In this document: positions 30,108 to 40,993 of the stretch, piece by piece
How positions within the stretch are numbered: the first letter of the stretch is position 1
Layout of the letters: the number at the start of each line of letters is the position of its first letter
Assembly: GCA_963744995.1 (NCBI GenBank)
Contig: CAVUWA010000010.1
Coordinates: forward strand, 1 to 64,000
Direction of reading: 5' to 3'
Length of the DNA stretch: 64,000 nt
Source: Candidatus Eiseniibacteriota bacterium
GTDB lineage: Bacteria; Eisenbacteria; RBG-16-71-46
Program-made: the position numbers and the translations under genes
The notes under the pieces: generated by a model
Database searches by the model: none
What the model saw: the letters and a program-made list of their open reading frames with translations, nothing else
What the model was told of the DNA's origin: nothing

Positions 30108-30824
30108 TTAGCGGTACATCGCCTTGATGCGGCCCCACGATTCCGTCTGCGCCGGCGTGCCCGTGTCGTACGTCACGTCGAGCGTCAGCGTCGGACCCGC
30201 GTAGGTCGTGTTCAGATACCCGGCCCAGGTCGCCGCCACCGTCGCCGCTCCGGTACCGACCGTGATCCGGATCGGCGCGGCGGCGTTGAGGCGGTTCACC
30301 AGCTCGCTGGCGATCGCCGGCGGCAAGCCGAGGTTGTAGTTGTCGACGTCACCCGAGGTGCCCACGGTGTACGTGAACGGCCCGCCGCTGAAACCGAGCA
30401 GCGAGAGATCGCCGTCGGCTTCGTCGGTCGCGGTGCCGGGATCGACACCGTCGTAGGCCAGCGGCGAGGTCCCCGGCTGGATGTCGACGAGGACCGCGCT
30501 CTGGTCGAGCGAGAGCACGACCTGGCCCGTGGTCGAGAACGCCGCGTTGGCCTGCACCAGCGAGAGCGTCGCCGAGTTGACGCTGATGACCGTGCTCGGC
30601 AGGACGCCGAAGTTGAAGTCCGCGACGCCGTAGCTCGCGAAGCTCCCGTTCCCGCTGCCTTCGATGTTGAAGTAGGCCTTGCCACTGGTGCCCGAGCGCG
30701 GGCCACCGGGCTGCACGGTGGCGTTGTCCGCCGCCGCGGCGATGATCGGCGCCGCGTGGGCGCTACCGAAGCTCGCTGCAAGCAAGAGGGCGGTCGCTGC
30801 GGCCAGCTTGTGTCCAGAAGTCAT
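30108..30824 (-). CDS. Secreted protein with C-terminal SWGRIKAMYR motif
   Basis: Signal peptide ending AHA; beta-rich domain; ends TPAQTESWGRIKAMYR. Confidence 0.8.
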   Translation of the reverse strand: MTSGHKLAAATALLLAASFGSAHAAPIIAAAADNATVQPGGPRSGTSGKAYFNIEGSGNGSFASYGVADFNFGVLPSTVISVNSATLSLVQANAAFSTTGQVVLSLDQSAVLVDIQPGTSPLAYDGVDPGTATDEADGDLSLLGFSGGPFTYTVGTSGDVDNYNLGLPPAIASELVNRLNAAAPIRITVGTGAATVAATWAGYLNTTYAGPTLTLDVTYDTGTPAQTESWGRIKAMYR

Positions 30825-31097
30825 AGTCGAAGCTCCTTGCTGGGGTGGACGATGCAATCCCCCGCCCGAGGGACGAGCGACGAACTCCAATGATGCGACA
30901 GAATGGCATCGACGCACAGAAAAAAACCCGCTCCGCGCGCGCGAAAGTGACGTGCGGCGCCGCGTGGCGCGCGGGGCGTTCCGGTAACGCCCCACGCGAC
31001 GCGGGATTACACGCACGGAGCCAGCGCCCGGCCGCCGGGCTGCCGGTGCGCATCGCCGCGGTTGTCCCGTACCACCCCACCCCTTATCGTGCGTCGC

Positions 31098-32852
31098 ATG
31101 AGCGGCAGCGCGAACAGCGGCCTCACGGCGCCGGAAGTCCCGGCGGGCGGCCACCCCGCGCGACGGGCCCTGGCCGTGGCGATCGGAGTGCTGTGGGTCG
31201 CCGCCCGGCTCGCGGCGCCCGGCCCGGCATGCGCCGCGGGCTCGAGCGAGGCCGGGCCCGGACCGCGAAGCACGTACGGCGCACTCCCCAACGTCGTCTT
31301 CATCCTCGCCGACGACGTCGGCTACGGCGACATCGGCTGTTACGGCGGCCGGGTGCCGACGCCGAACATCGACCGGCTCGCGCGCGAGGGCATCCGCTTC
31401 ACCGACGCGCACTCGCCCGCGGCGCTGTGCGCCCCGTCGCGCTTCAGCATGATGACGGGCAGCAACCCGTACCGGAACGGCCGCCCCGGCGGCAGCTGGA
31501 ACATCAACTTCTCGTGCGCGTTCCACGCCGGCGCCGAACATCTGCAGGCGGGCCGGCATCTGACCGCGGGCGACGTGCTCGGCCGCGCCGGCTACCGCAC
31601 CGCGTTCATGGGCAAGATGCATTTCGGCGGCACCGTGCGCGACACCGCAGGCGTGCCGATCCGCGAGGAACGCGAGATCCGGCGCATGGATTTCGCCCGG
31701 GGCGTCGAGCACTTCCCCAACGAGCATGGCTTCGACTACGCGCTCGGGCTCACCAGCGGCATCCAGCACGAGCCGTTCGCCTATTTCGAGAACGGGCGCT
31801 ACAAACCGATCGACCCGGACGATCCGCCCGACAACCGCAGCACCCGGATGTGGACCAACGGCCGCTACGAGGTCGGCGACAACGGTGTCTCGGAGATCGT
31901 CGAACATCCGCAGGAGCGCCCCGGCATCGGCGACCGCCACTACGACTCGAGCCAGGTGGGGCTGGTGCTCGCCGACTCGGCGGTGGGGTTCATCGACCGC
32001 CACCTGAGAGCCAACGCGCGCAACGGGACGCACTGGCCGTTCTTCCTTTATTACAGCTCGCAGGCGATCCACGTGCCGCACACGCCGCCGCACCGATTCG
32101 GCGACCCCGGCGATCCGCAGGGACCGGTGGTCGGCGGCACGACCGGGGGCGCGACGTCGGACATGCTCGCCGAGCTCGACCTGCAGGTCGGGAAGATCCT
32201 CGCAAAACTCGACGCCGAGGGTCTCACCAAGAACACGATCGTGTTCTTCGCGAGCGACAACGGGGCGCTGTGGCCGGACGTGGTGGATTACGGCGACTCG
32301 CTGCACGACAACAACGGACCGTTCCGCGGCTACAAGGCCGACGTCTACGAGGGCGGCCACCGCGTGCCGTTCATCGTGCGCTGGGGCGACGGCACCCCGG
32401 CGGGCTCGCGCATCGCGCCGGGCCGGGTGTCGGACGAGCTGGTGCTGTGTCAGGACTGGATCGCGACGATCTACGACCTGACGGACCGGAACATGGACGA
32501 GGATCAGGCGATGGACAGCGCGACGCTGATGCCGCTGCTCACCGGACACCAGCCTGAGGGGGTTCCGGTGCACGAGTTCGTCATCTATCAGGCCGGCTAC
32601 GCCTACGACGGCGCGCTGCGCCGCGGCGACTGGGTGCTGCTCGTCGACCGCCACAACGAGGCCACCGAGCTGTACGACCTCGCCACCGACATCGCTCAGG
32701 AACACGATCTGATCCACGATCCGGCGCAGGCGAGGCGCGTGGCGGCGATGCGCGCCGAGTTCCTGAAGTACAACGACCACGACGATGCGACCCGCGAGCC
32801 GCGCACCACGAAAGCGTTCAGGGTCACCGGGCGCGCCGCCGTGGCGCCCTGA
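31098..32852 (+). CDS. Arylsulfatase (Cys-type, formylglycine-dependent)
   Basis: PNVVFILADDVGYGD, CAPSR, GKMH, SDNG, YEGGHRVP motifs. Confidence 0.93.
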   Translation: MSGSANSGLTAPEVPAGGHPARRALAVAIGVLWVAARLAAPGPACAAGSSEAGPGPRSTYGALPNVVFILADDVGYGDIGCYGGRVPTPNIDRLAREGIRFTDAHSPAALCAPSRFSMMTGSNPYRNGRPGGSWNINFSCAFHAGAEHLQAGRHLTAGDVLGRAGYRTAFMGKMHFGGTVRDTAGVPIREEREIRRMDFARGVEHFPNEHGFDYALGLTSGIQHEPFAYFENGRYKPIDPDDPPDNRSTRMWTNGRYEVGDNGVSEIVEHPQERPGIGDRHYDSSQVGLVLADSAVGFIDRHLRANARNGTHWPFFLYYSSQAIHVPHTPPHRFGDPGDPQGPVVGGTTGGATSDMLAELDLQVGKILAKLDAEGLTKNTIVFFASDNGALWPDVVDYGDSLHDNNGPFRGYKADVYEGGHRVPFIVRWGDGTPAGSRIAPGRVSDELVLCQDWIATIYDLTDRNMDEDQAMDSATLMPLLTGHQPEGVPVHEFVIYQAGYAYDGALRRGDWVLLVDRHNEATELYDLATDIAQEHDLIHDPAQARRVAAMRAEFLKYNDHDDATREPRTTKAFRVTGRAAVAP

Positions 32853-32869
32853 ACAGCGGGCGGGCGCCG

Positions 32870-35240
32870 ATGCCGCGTGAGCCGCGCGCGGGGCGCGCCG
32901 CGAACGGAGCGGGGCGCGCCGGAGCGGACCCGCCGCGCGGCGCGGCAGCGCCCGCGCGCCCGGCGGCCGGCCGACGGCGCCACGCCCTCGGGATGCTCGC
33001 CCTGCTCTCGTGCGCCGCGGGCTGCACCCCCGCAGGTCCGGCCGCGCGCAGCGCCGGCTACGTCACCAGCGCCGCGTGCGCCCCGTGCCATGCGCGCGCA
33101 TACGCGGCGTGGCGCGGCTCCGACCACGACCTCGCCATGCAGGCGGCGACGGACTCCACCGTCCTGGGGGATTTCGGCGGCGCGACGTTCACGAACCGCG
33201 GCCTCGTCGCCCGCTTCTTCCGGCGCGCGGGCGCGTTCATGGTGAACATCGAGGGCGCGGACGGCGCGGCCGGCGGACTTCGAGGTGCGCTACACGTTCG
33301 GCGTGAGGCCGCTGCAGCAGTACCTCGTCGCGTTCCCCGGCGGGCGGCTGCAGGCGCTCCCGGTCGCGTGGGACACGGTGCGCCGGCGCTGGTTCGACCT
33401 GCACCCGGAGGAGCGCATCGCCCCCGGCGATCCGCTGCACTGGACCGGGCGCTATCAGAACTGGAACGCGCAGTGCGCGGCATGCCACTCGACGAACCTG
33501 GTCAAGGGCTACGACGCGGCAACCGACCGCTATGCGACGACCTGGTCCGATCTCGACGTCGGCTGCGAAGCCTGCCACGGCCCGGGATCGAGCCACGTCG
33601 CGTGGGCGAAGCGGGCTGCGTCGCGGGGGGACACTGGCGCCGGGGACCGCGGCGATCGCGGGCTGACGGTCGACTTCGCCGCCGCGGCCGGCAACCGCCT
33701 CGAGGTCGAGACCTGCGCGCCCTGTCACTCGCGGCGCGCGCCGCTCACCGACGGCGCAGCGCCCGGCGCGCCGCTGCTCGACCACTACGTGCCCGTGCGG
33801 CTCGAGCAGGGGCTCTATTTTCCCGACGGACAGATCGAGGACGAGGTGTACGTCTACGGTTCGTTCGTCCAGAGTCGCATGTTCACGGCCGGCGTGCGCT
33901 GTTCCGACTGCCACGATCCGCACACGCTCGAGCCGCTGGCGCGCGGCAACGCGCTCTGCACGCGCTGCCACGGCGAGCATCCCGACCCGCGCTTCCCCAT
34001 GTTGAAGGCCGGCCGTTACGACACGCCCGCGCACCACCTCCATACGCCGGGAGAGCCGGGGGCGTCGTGCGTGGACTGCCACATGCCCGCGCGCACGTAC
34101 ATGGTCGTGGATCCGCGGCGCGATCACGGCTTCCGCGTGCCGGATCCCGCGGGGTCCGCGCGACTCGGCGCACCGGACGTCTGCGCGGCCTGCCACCGGC
34201 GTTCGGCCGCGTGGGCCACCGCGAACCTCCGGCGGGTGTTCGGCGCGGGGGCGGGCCGCGCTTCGTTCGGACCGGCGCTGGCGGCCGGCCGCGCGCACGC
34301 CGCGGGCGCCGGCGACTCGCTCGCAGCCCTTGCGGCGGACGCGCGGCGGCCGGCGATCGTGCGCGCGACCGCGCTCGAGCTGATGCCGGCGAACGGCGCG
34401 GCCGGCGACCCGCAGGTCGTCGCCGCGCTCTCGGATCCCGAGCCTCTGGTGCGGCTCGCCGCCGTGCGTGCGATGGAATTCCGCGCCCCGGCGGCGAAGC
34501 TCGACGCGCTGGCGCCGCTGCTCGACGACCCGCTGCGCGCGATCCGCGCGGAGGCGGCACGCGTGCTCGCCGCGGTGCCGCGTGCGCGCTTCACGGACGC
34601 AACGGCGCGGGCCTGGGACGCCGCGTGCCGCGAATACCGGCAGGCGCAGCAGGTGGTCGCCGACCGGCCCGCGGGCCCCATGAACCTCGCGCTGCTCGCC
34701 GAGGCCGAGGGCGACGACGCCCGCGCCGAGCAGCTCTATCGAACGGCGCTCGCCCGGGACTCGACGTTCCTGCCGGCGCGTTTCAACCTGGTGCAGCTCT
34801 ACGACCGCACCGGGCGCGCCGACGCGGCCGAGCGCGCGCTGCGCGCGGGCCTCGCGATCGCGCCCGGGAACGGCGAGCTGCACTACGCGCTGGGCCTGCT
34901 GCTCGCCGAGGTCCCGCGCGACGCAGCGAGTGCAGACGAGCTGGCGAAGGCCGAGGCGCTTCTGCCCGGTCGGGCGCGGGTCGCCTTCAATCACGGCCTC
35001 GTGCTCGAGCGGCTCGGCCGCCCGGACGAAGCGCGCCGCGCGCTCGAGCGGGCGCTCGCGCTCGCGCCGGACGACCTCGACATCCTGGCGGCCTCGGCCG
35101 CGCTGCACCTGCGCCGCGGCCGGACGGCCCTCGCCAGAAGCGAGGCCGCCCACATGGCGGAACTGGACCCGTCCGACCCGCGCGGCCCGAGCCTGCTGCG
35201 CGAGATCAGCCGGACCGAACGCCGTCCTGCCGGGCGCTGA
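32870..35240 (+). CDS. Multiheme c-type cytochrome (8 CxxCH) with HEAT/TPR C-terminus, split by a frameshift near 33270
   Basis: CAPCH in ORF 32870; CAACH, CEACH, CAPCH, CSDCH, CTRCH, CVDCH, CAACH in ORF 33285. The frames join at ...EGADG / DFEVRYTFG. Confidence 0.85.
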
Positions 35241-35258
35241 GCGGGATGGAGGGGCCGG

Positions 35259-36719
35259 TCAGGCCGGGCTCGCCCCGGCGCGGATCCAGCGCTTGTCGAA
35301 CCGGTGTCCCTTCTCTTCGAGCGTCGCGAGCAGGATCTGCTTCCCGTCCGTGCGCACGTTGACGAGACCGTAGACGAGATCGAACACGACCGGTGTCCGC
35401 GACAGCACTCGGAAGCGATCCGTGCCTCCGGCCTTCTCGGACATTTCCACGCGGTGCGGATCCAGCCGGGTCGGCGCCGTGCCGCCGACCAGCTGCGCCC
35501 GCTTGACGTGCCCCATGCGCACGGAGCGCGCGAGCTCGGTCGAGTAGATGAGCGGCGGGACGCGGCGACCGCGCAAGTCGACGCCCTCGCGCCCGAAACG
35601 CGCGCTCGCGCCGAGGATGCCGGGGCGCGGATGGGCGTAGTCCTCGTTGTCGCCGGACGAGATCACGGTCGCGCGGGCGCCCATGGCGGCGAGGAACGCG
35701 AGATCCACGTCGTCGGAACCGTGGTGGCATCCCTTGGCGACATCGCTCAGGAACTCGGTTTCGGTCTGGTAGCCGAGCAGCAGGTTCTGGGAACGGGTGT
35801 TGAGGTCGCCGGTCAGCATGACGCGGGCATTGCCGTAGTCGACGCGCAGCACGACCGAATGGCCGTTGCGGGTGATCGAGTCCCCGCCGAGCCTGCGCAG
35901 CCCCGTGCGAGCGCCGAACGACTCGAGGATCGGACCCAGGATGCGGATCGCGGCCTTCTTCCCCGCCGGCGCGTAGCCCGGCAGGTATTCGTCGCGGTGG
36001 GAGACCGCGCGGACCGTGGCGGGCACCTTCCCCACCAGGGCGGCGAGCTTCCCGTAGCTCTTCGTCAGCGGCCGCGGCGGATTCCTGAAGTCGCCCTTGC
36101 CGTTGAGCAGGTCCACGAAGAACGTGCCCTGAGTCTTGAAACCATGCGCGCCGAACGGGAACGGGTCCGTGGTGCCTTCGGCCGTCCGCCCGAGCCCGGG
36201 GGATCCCGCGTAGCGCGGCATGCCGCCGTGGAAGAAGCGCTCGATCTCGACCGGAAACGTCCAGCGGCTCTTCTCGCCCGGCTTGGGCAGCGATCCCGCG
36301 AGCATGTCGACGAGCCCGCCGAAGTGATCCGCATCCGGATGGGAGAGGATGACGCTCTCGAGCGAGACCTTCTTGCGTCGCAGGTCCTCGAAGAACTTCC
36401 AGCGCACGAAACTCGCCGCGCTCTTCAGCGTCATCTGATCGTCCGCGGCCGGCCCGCCGTCGATCAGGTGCCACTTGCCGTCCGGCGTCTTCATCAGCAC
36501 GCCATCGCCCTGGCCGACGTCGATGACGTAGATCTCGAGCAGCTTCGGATCGGGGACCAGCCGCGCGGCGTCCACCGTGCCCGTGCGGCCCCGCGCCCGC
36601 ACCGTGGCGATCCCGGCGGAGGTCTTCTCGACGTGGCAGGGGTCGCCCCAGAGAAGCTCGATCTTCCCGCTCGAAGTCTGCAGCGTGGCGCCCGCGTCGC
36701 GGACGTACATCAGACCCAT
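35259..36719 (-). CDS. ComEC/Rec2-like metallo-beta-lactamase-fold hydrolase
   Basis: IDVGQGDG, SHPDADHFGG, LTGD, HHGS, ISSG...YAHP motifs. Confidence 0.85.
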   Translation of the reverse strand: MGLMYVRDAGATLQTSSGKIELLWGDPCHVEKTSAGIATVRARGRTGTVDAARLVPDPKLLEIYVIDVGQGDGVLMKTPDGKWHLIDGGPAADDQMTLKSAASFVRWKFFEDLRRKKVSLESVILSHPDADHFGGLVDMLAGSLPKPGEKSRWTFPVEIERFFHGGMPRYAGSPGLGRTAEGTTDPFPFGAHGFKTQGTFFVDLLNGKGDFRNPPRPLTKSYGKLAALVGKVPATVRAVSHRDEYLPGYAPAGKKAAIRILGPILESFGARTGLRRLGGDSITRNGHSVVLRVDYGNARVMLTGDLNTRSQNLLLGYQTETEFLSDVAKGCHHGSDDVDLAFLAAMGARATVISSGDNEDYAHPRPGILGASARFGREGVDLRGRRVPPLIYSTELARSVRMGHVKRAQLVGGTAPTRLDPHRVEMSEKAGGTDRFRVLSRTPVVFDLVYGLVNVRTDGKQILLATLEEKGHRFDKRWIRAGASPA

Positions 36720-36967
36720 CGGCGGCTCCCTTCGATCCGGCGCCGCGACCGGTGGATCGGTTCGAGGCGTCGAACTGCTGCGGCCGGAACTCACCCCCGC
36801 ACGGGCGTGCGGGGCCTCACGAGCAACGGGGAACGGCAGGCTCGCCGTGCGCTATGGCTGGAGTATTGCGCCGGACCGGACGGGGCGACAAGACCAAACT
36901 GAGCCGCCGGAATCCCGGCCGTTCCCATGCGGCCGGCGCTGCAGGTGACCGCGCACGAGTCCCCGCG

Positions 36968-37835
36968 TCAGCGGTTCTGCGGAGACTCCGCGCCCGGCGG
37001 GCGGGGCTTCCCCGTGAGCTCGGCTACCAGGTTCAAGAGCGCGACGCGCCACGCCGGAGGCGATCCCGGCAGCTCGTTACGTGACGCGGCGAGTGCCGCA
37101 CGCAGGTCCTCCGCGGTGATGGATCGCTGCACGCCGAGCACCGCCTGGCCGAACGGCGTCCGTTGCGCGTGGAACGCCTCGGCCCCGGCGCGGACCAGTC
37201 GTCCGTCGGCGCGACATCAACGCCCCCGTCCACTGGAGGACTTCGGCCGGCTGATCGAGCGAGGTGAGCCATGGCACGCCGATCGTGTGGCCCGCGGCGA
37301 GGTCGACGGCCTTCGCGCCCTTCCAGTTCTTCTGGCTCACCGGATAGTCGCTGAGCTCGAGCGCGACGACGATCACGTGCGTCGCCCCGGCGCTGTCCGC
37401 GGCCGCGCGCGCGCGCCTGCGCCAGGGGCCGCCCGCGTCCTGCGCGTGGATCCATACCGCGTCACGGGGCGTGGCGACGTCGTCGTCGCCGTCGGCTCGC
37501 GGCGGTGCGTAGAAGCCCCCAACAGCTCCGACGTAGACGGCCGGCGCGCCTGCGGCGGAGCCGTCCGTCAGTGCCTGAGCGATCGGGCCGACCAGCGAGT
37601 CGAGCAGCGCCTCCACCTCCGGCCGCACCTCGGCCAGGGCCTCGAGGGCCGAGGCCGAGGGCCCCGGGTCCATGAAGCTGCGGCCGGTGAGCAGCGGGCC
37701 ACGCACCGCGCGCACCGGCTGCGCGGGCGGCTTTCCGGCGTAGTGCGGCGGACGGCGGCCGGTGCGATCCAGATCGGCATGGACGGAGGAGACCAGGGTG
37801 AAAAGCAGCAGGGCGATACCGAGGAGCAGGCGCAT
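36968..37835 (-). pseudogene. Hypothetical secreted protein with a +1 frameshift near 37211 (pseudogene or sequencing error)
   Basis: Signal peptide MRLLLGIALLL. After WTGALMS the protein-like frame continues ADGRLVRAGAEAF...LVAELTG to TGA at 36970-36968. Confidence 0.6.
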
Positions 37836-38078
37836 GGTCGTGGATCTCGAAAGCGAAACGGGCCGGAGAAGGCCGCCGGCGGGCCCGGGGAGTCGGCGCA
37901 TGCTGCCCGATTCCACCACGCCGGGCAACACGAGATGCAGGTATCGGCAGACGCCATGACAGCGCGTCATGCGCCGCACGGACCATGACTTCCGACGCTC
38001 CTTTTCCGATATGAATCTTCTACCGCGCGTTCAATTTTGTTCTCACTGTTCAATTCGCGCGGGGAGGAGACGACCCTC

Positions 38079-38687
38079 GTGCTCGAGCCCGGTTCCAGCG
38101 AATCCGGTTCACCTCACGTTCGCGCCAAACGCCAGCGCCGGCGCCGCGAGATCCTGCACGCCGCACTGCAGGCGTTCCGTCGCGAGGGCTATCACGGGAC
38201 CACGCTCGAGGACATCGCCGCGCATCTCGGCGTGCGGAAGACCGCGCTCTACCACTACTTCCCCGACAAGGACTCGATCCTCCACGCCTGCCACCAGGAG
38301 TCGCTCGGCGAGCTCGACCGCATCCTGCGTGAGGCGCGCCGGCTCGACTCGGCGCCGGCACAGCTCCGGCACGTCATCCGCGAGCACGTGCGCGTCATGA
38401 CCGAGACCCTCGAGGGTTCGCCCCTCGCGTTCGAGGTGACCGCGCTCTCCGAGGCCCGGCGCGAAGGCGTGATCGCGGCGCGCGACCGCTACGAGCGCGC
38501 GCTGCGGCGCATGATCGAACGCGGCATCCGCGCGGGTGCGTTCCGCCGGCAGGATTCGAAGATCGCCGTGTTCGCGATTCTCGGCGCGATCAACTGGATC
38601 GCGCGCTGGTACCGACCCGAAGGCTCGATTCAGGCCGCCGAGCTCGGCGAGGCCTACGCGGACCATCTGGTCGGGGGGCTCGAATGA
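38079..38687 (+). CDS. TetR family regulator (KstR2-like) heading the benzoyl-CoA operon
   Basis: GYHGTTLEDIAAHLGVRKTALYHYF HTH; GAINWIARWYRP C-terminus; GAGGAG RBS. Confidence 0.92.
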   Translation: MLEPGSSESGSPHVRAKRQRRRREILHAALQAFRREGYHGTTLEDIAAHLGVRKTALYHYFPDKDSILHACHQESLGELDRILREARRLDSAPAQLRHVIREHVRVMTETLEGSPLAFEVTALSEARREGVIAARDRYERALRRMIERGIRAGAFRRQDSKIAVFAILGAINWIARWYRPEGSIQAAELGEAYADHLVGGLE

Positions 38688-38754
38688 GCCGCCCGCCCAG
38701 GCGCTTCCGCGCCGCCGCCGCCGGCCCGCCGGCCGTCCAGGAGGAATGCGTTTC

Positions 38755-39810
38755 ATGAAGGCGATTCAGCTGGTCTCCGCGGGCGCGCCGCTGGAGCTGC
38801 GCGACGTGCCCACCCCCGCTCCCGGCGACGACGAGGTGCTCGTGAAGGTGGCCGGGTGCGGTGTGTGCCACACCGACATCGGCTTCTGGAAGGACGGCGT
38901 GCCCACCCGCCACGCGCCGCCGCTCACCCTCGGGCACGAAATCAGCGGCACCGTCACCGCCGCCGGGGCGAAGTACCGGCACCTGATCGGGCGCGAGGTG
39001 ATCGTGCCCGCGGTGATTCCGTGCGGCGCCTGCGAGCTGTGCCGCCGCGGGCGCGGCAACGTGTGCCGCAGGCAGATCATGCCCGGCAACGACATGGACG
39101 GCGGCTTCGCCGAAGCCGTGGTCGCTCCCGGACGCGGGGTGTGCGTCGTCGAGCGCCGCGGCGCGTACACCCTCGCCGACCTCTCGGTCGTGGCCGACGC
39201 GGTCACCACGCCCTATCAGGCCATCGTCCGCAGCGGCATGGCCGCCGGCGATTTCGTGATCGTGATCGGCACGGGCGGAGTCGGCACCTACGCCGTGCAG
39301 ATCGCCGCCGCGCTCGGCGCTCGCGTCGTCGCGCTGGACGTGGACGATGCGAAGCTCGAAACCCTCGCCCGGCACGGCGCTGCCGCCACGTTCAACCCGG
39401 CCGCCATGGACTTCAAGACCCTGAAGAAGGCGCTGCAGGCGAAGGCCGCCGAGTGGGATCGCGGCCCCGAGCGCTGGTTCGTGTTCGAGTGCTCCGGCAC
39501 GACCAGAGGGCAGGAGACCGCGTTCGGCCTGCTCGGACCCGCCGCCACGCTGATGGTGGTCGGCTTCACGCTCGGCAAGATCGAGGTGCGGCTCAGCAAC
39601 CTCATGGCGTTCGACGCCACGGTGCAGGGCACCTGGGGCTGCCGGCCCGAGCTCTACCCCGAGGCCCTGGACCTCGTGATCGACGGCCGGGTGACGCTGG
39701 CGCCGTTCATCGAACGGCACCCGATGAGCGCCGGCCCCGAGGTCATCCGCGGCGTGGCCGAGCACACCCTTTCGCGCAGAGCGATTCTCGAACCCGACTG
39801 GAACGCCTAG
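38755..39810 (+). CDS. had: 6-hydroxycyclohex-1-ene-1-carbonyl-CoA dehydrogenase (Zn-ADH)
   Basis: GCGVCHTD, GHEISG, structural Zn Cys cluster, MPGND, RLSNLMAFDA...WGC; adjacent to oah. Confidence 0.88.
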   Translation: MKAIQLVSAGAPLELRDVPTPAPGDDEVLVKVAGCGVCHTDIGFWKDGVPTRHAPPLTLGHEISGTVTAAGAKYRHLIGREVIVPAVIPCGACELCRRGRGNVCRRQIMPGNDMDGGFAEAVVAPGRGVCVVERRGAYTLADLSVVADAVTTPYQAIVRSGMAAGDFVIVIGTGGVGTYAVQIAAALGARVVALDVDDAKLETLARHGAAATFNPAAMDFKTLKKALQAKAAEWDRGPERWFVFECSGTTRGQETAFGLLGPAATLMVVGFTLGKIEVRLSNLMAFDATVQGTWGCRPELYPEALDLVIDGRVTLAPFIERHPMSAGPEVIRGVAEHTLSRRAILEPDWNA

Positions 39811-39849
39811 ATCGAAGCGGCGCCCGCACCGGCGCCGGGAGGACCCACC

Positions 39850-40953
39850 ATGCTGAAGAGCCACACGCTGATCCCCGACCACCCGTTCGAACACATCGGC
39901 TACGAGCTCAAGCCCGCGCACGATCCGCGCGGCACGGTCGCCGACGGCCTGTTCCACGCCTGGATCGTTCTCGACAACCCGTCCCAGTTCAACAGCTACA
40001 CGACGGAGGCGGTGAAGGAAGTGATCCTCGCGTTCCGGCAGGCCAGCATGGACCGCCGCGTCGCGAGCGTCGTGTTCACCGCGGTCGGCGACAGGGCGTT
40101 CTGCACCGGCGGCAACACGAAGGAGTACGCCGAGTACTACTCGGGCAATCCGCAGGAATACAAGCAGTACATGCGGCTGTTCAACGACATGATCGATTCG
40201 ATCCTGCGCTGCGACAAGCCGGTGATCAATCGCGTGAACGGCATGCGCGTCGCCGGCGGCCAGGAGATCGGCATGGCCTGCGACTTCACGATCGCGGCCG
40301 ACACCGCGCGCTTCGGCCAGGCCGGCCCGCGGCACGGCTCGGCGCCGGACGGCGGCTCGACCGACTTCCTGCCGCTCTACGTCGGCTTCTCGCGCGCCAT
40401 GGAGAGCGGCGTGCTGTGCGAGATGTGGAGCGCGCACAAGGCGCTGTGGCTCGGGCTGATCAACCAGATCGCGCCCGTGCTGCGCGTGGACGGCGAGTGG
40501 ATCCCCAACCCGATGGTGATCACCGACCGCATCACCGACGCGTTCGGCAACCTGATCTTCGGTGACGAGAAGACCGGCGCCGAACGACAGGCGGCGAAGG
40601 AGCTGCTCGCGCGCGCGACGACCGATCTCACACGCCTCGACGAGGCCGTGGATGCGCTGTGCACCAAGCTGCTCATGCTGATGCCGGACTGCGTGTCGAA
40701 GACCGTGAACAGCCTGCGCAAGCACAAGCAGTGGCACTGGGACAACACCAGCGTCACCAACCGCGAGTGGCTTGCGCTCAACATGATGACCGAAGGGCGC
40801 GCCGGCTTCCGGGCCTTCAACGAGGGCCCGAAGGACCAGCGCGAGGTGGACTTCGTGAAGCTGCGCCAGCTGCTCGCCGAGGGCCACCCCTGGGACGACG
40901 AGCTGCTGCGCGCGATCTCGCCGCAGTACCGGACGCTGCAGGCGCAGCGCTGA
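39850..40953 (+). CDS. oah: 6-oxocyclohex-1-ene-1-carbonyl-CoA hydrolase
   Basis: LDNPSQFNSYTT, FCTGGNTKEYAEYYSGNPQEY, GGQEIGMACD, WLALNMMTE signatures. Confidence 0.93.
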   Translation: MLKSHTLIPDHPFEHIGYELKPAHDPRGTVADGLFHAWIVLDNPSQFNSYTTEAVKEVILAFRQASMDRRVASVVFTAVGDRAFCTGGNTKEYAEYYSGNPQEYKQYMRLFNDMIDSILRCDKPVINRVNGMRVAGGQEIGMACDFTIAADTARFGQAGPRHGSAPDGGSTDFLPLYVGFSRAMESGVLCEMWSAHKALWLGLINQIAPVLRVDGEWIPNPMVITDRITDAFGNLIFGDEKTGAERQAAKELLARATTDLTRLDEAVDALCTKLLMLMPDCVSKTVNSLRKHKQWHWDNTSVTNREWLALNMMTEGRAGFRAFNEGPKDQREVDFVKLRQLLAEGHPWDDELLRAISPQYRTLQAQR

Positions 40954-40993
40954 ACGCGCGGCGGCGCGGCCGCCGCAAGCGGGAGATGAAGAC

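Noticed and set aside
33260..37215. Programmed frameshifting at the cytochrome (33270) and hypothetical (37211) breaks
   Set aside because: No slippery heptamer seen. Isolated single-base indels are better explained by sequencing error or decay.
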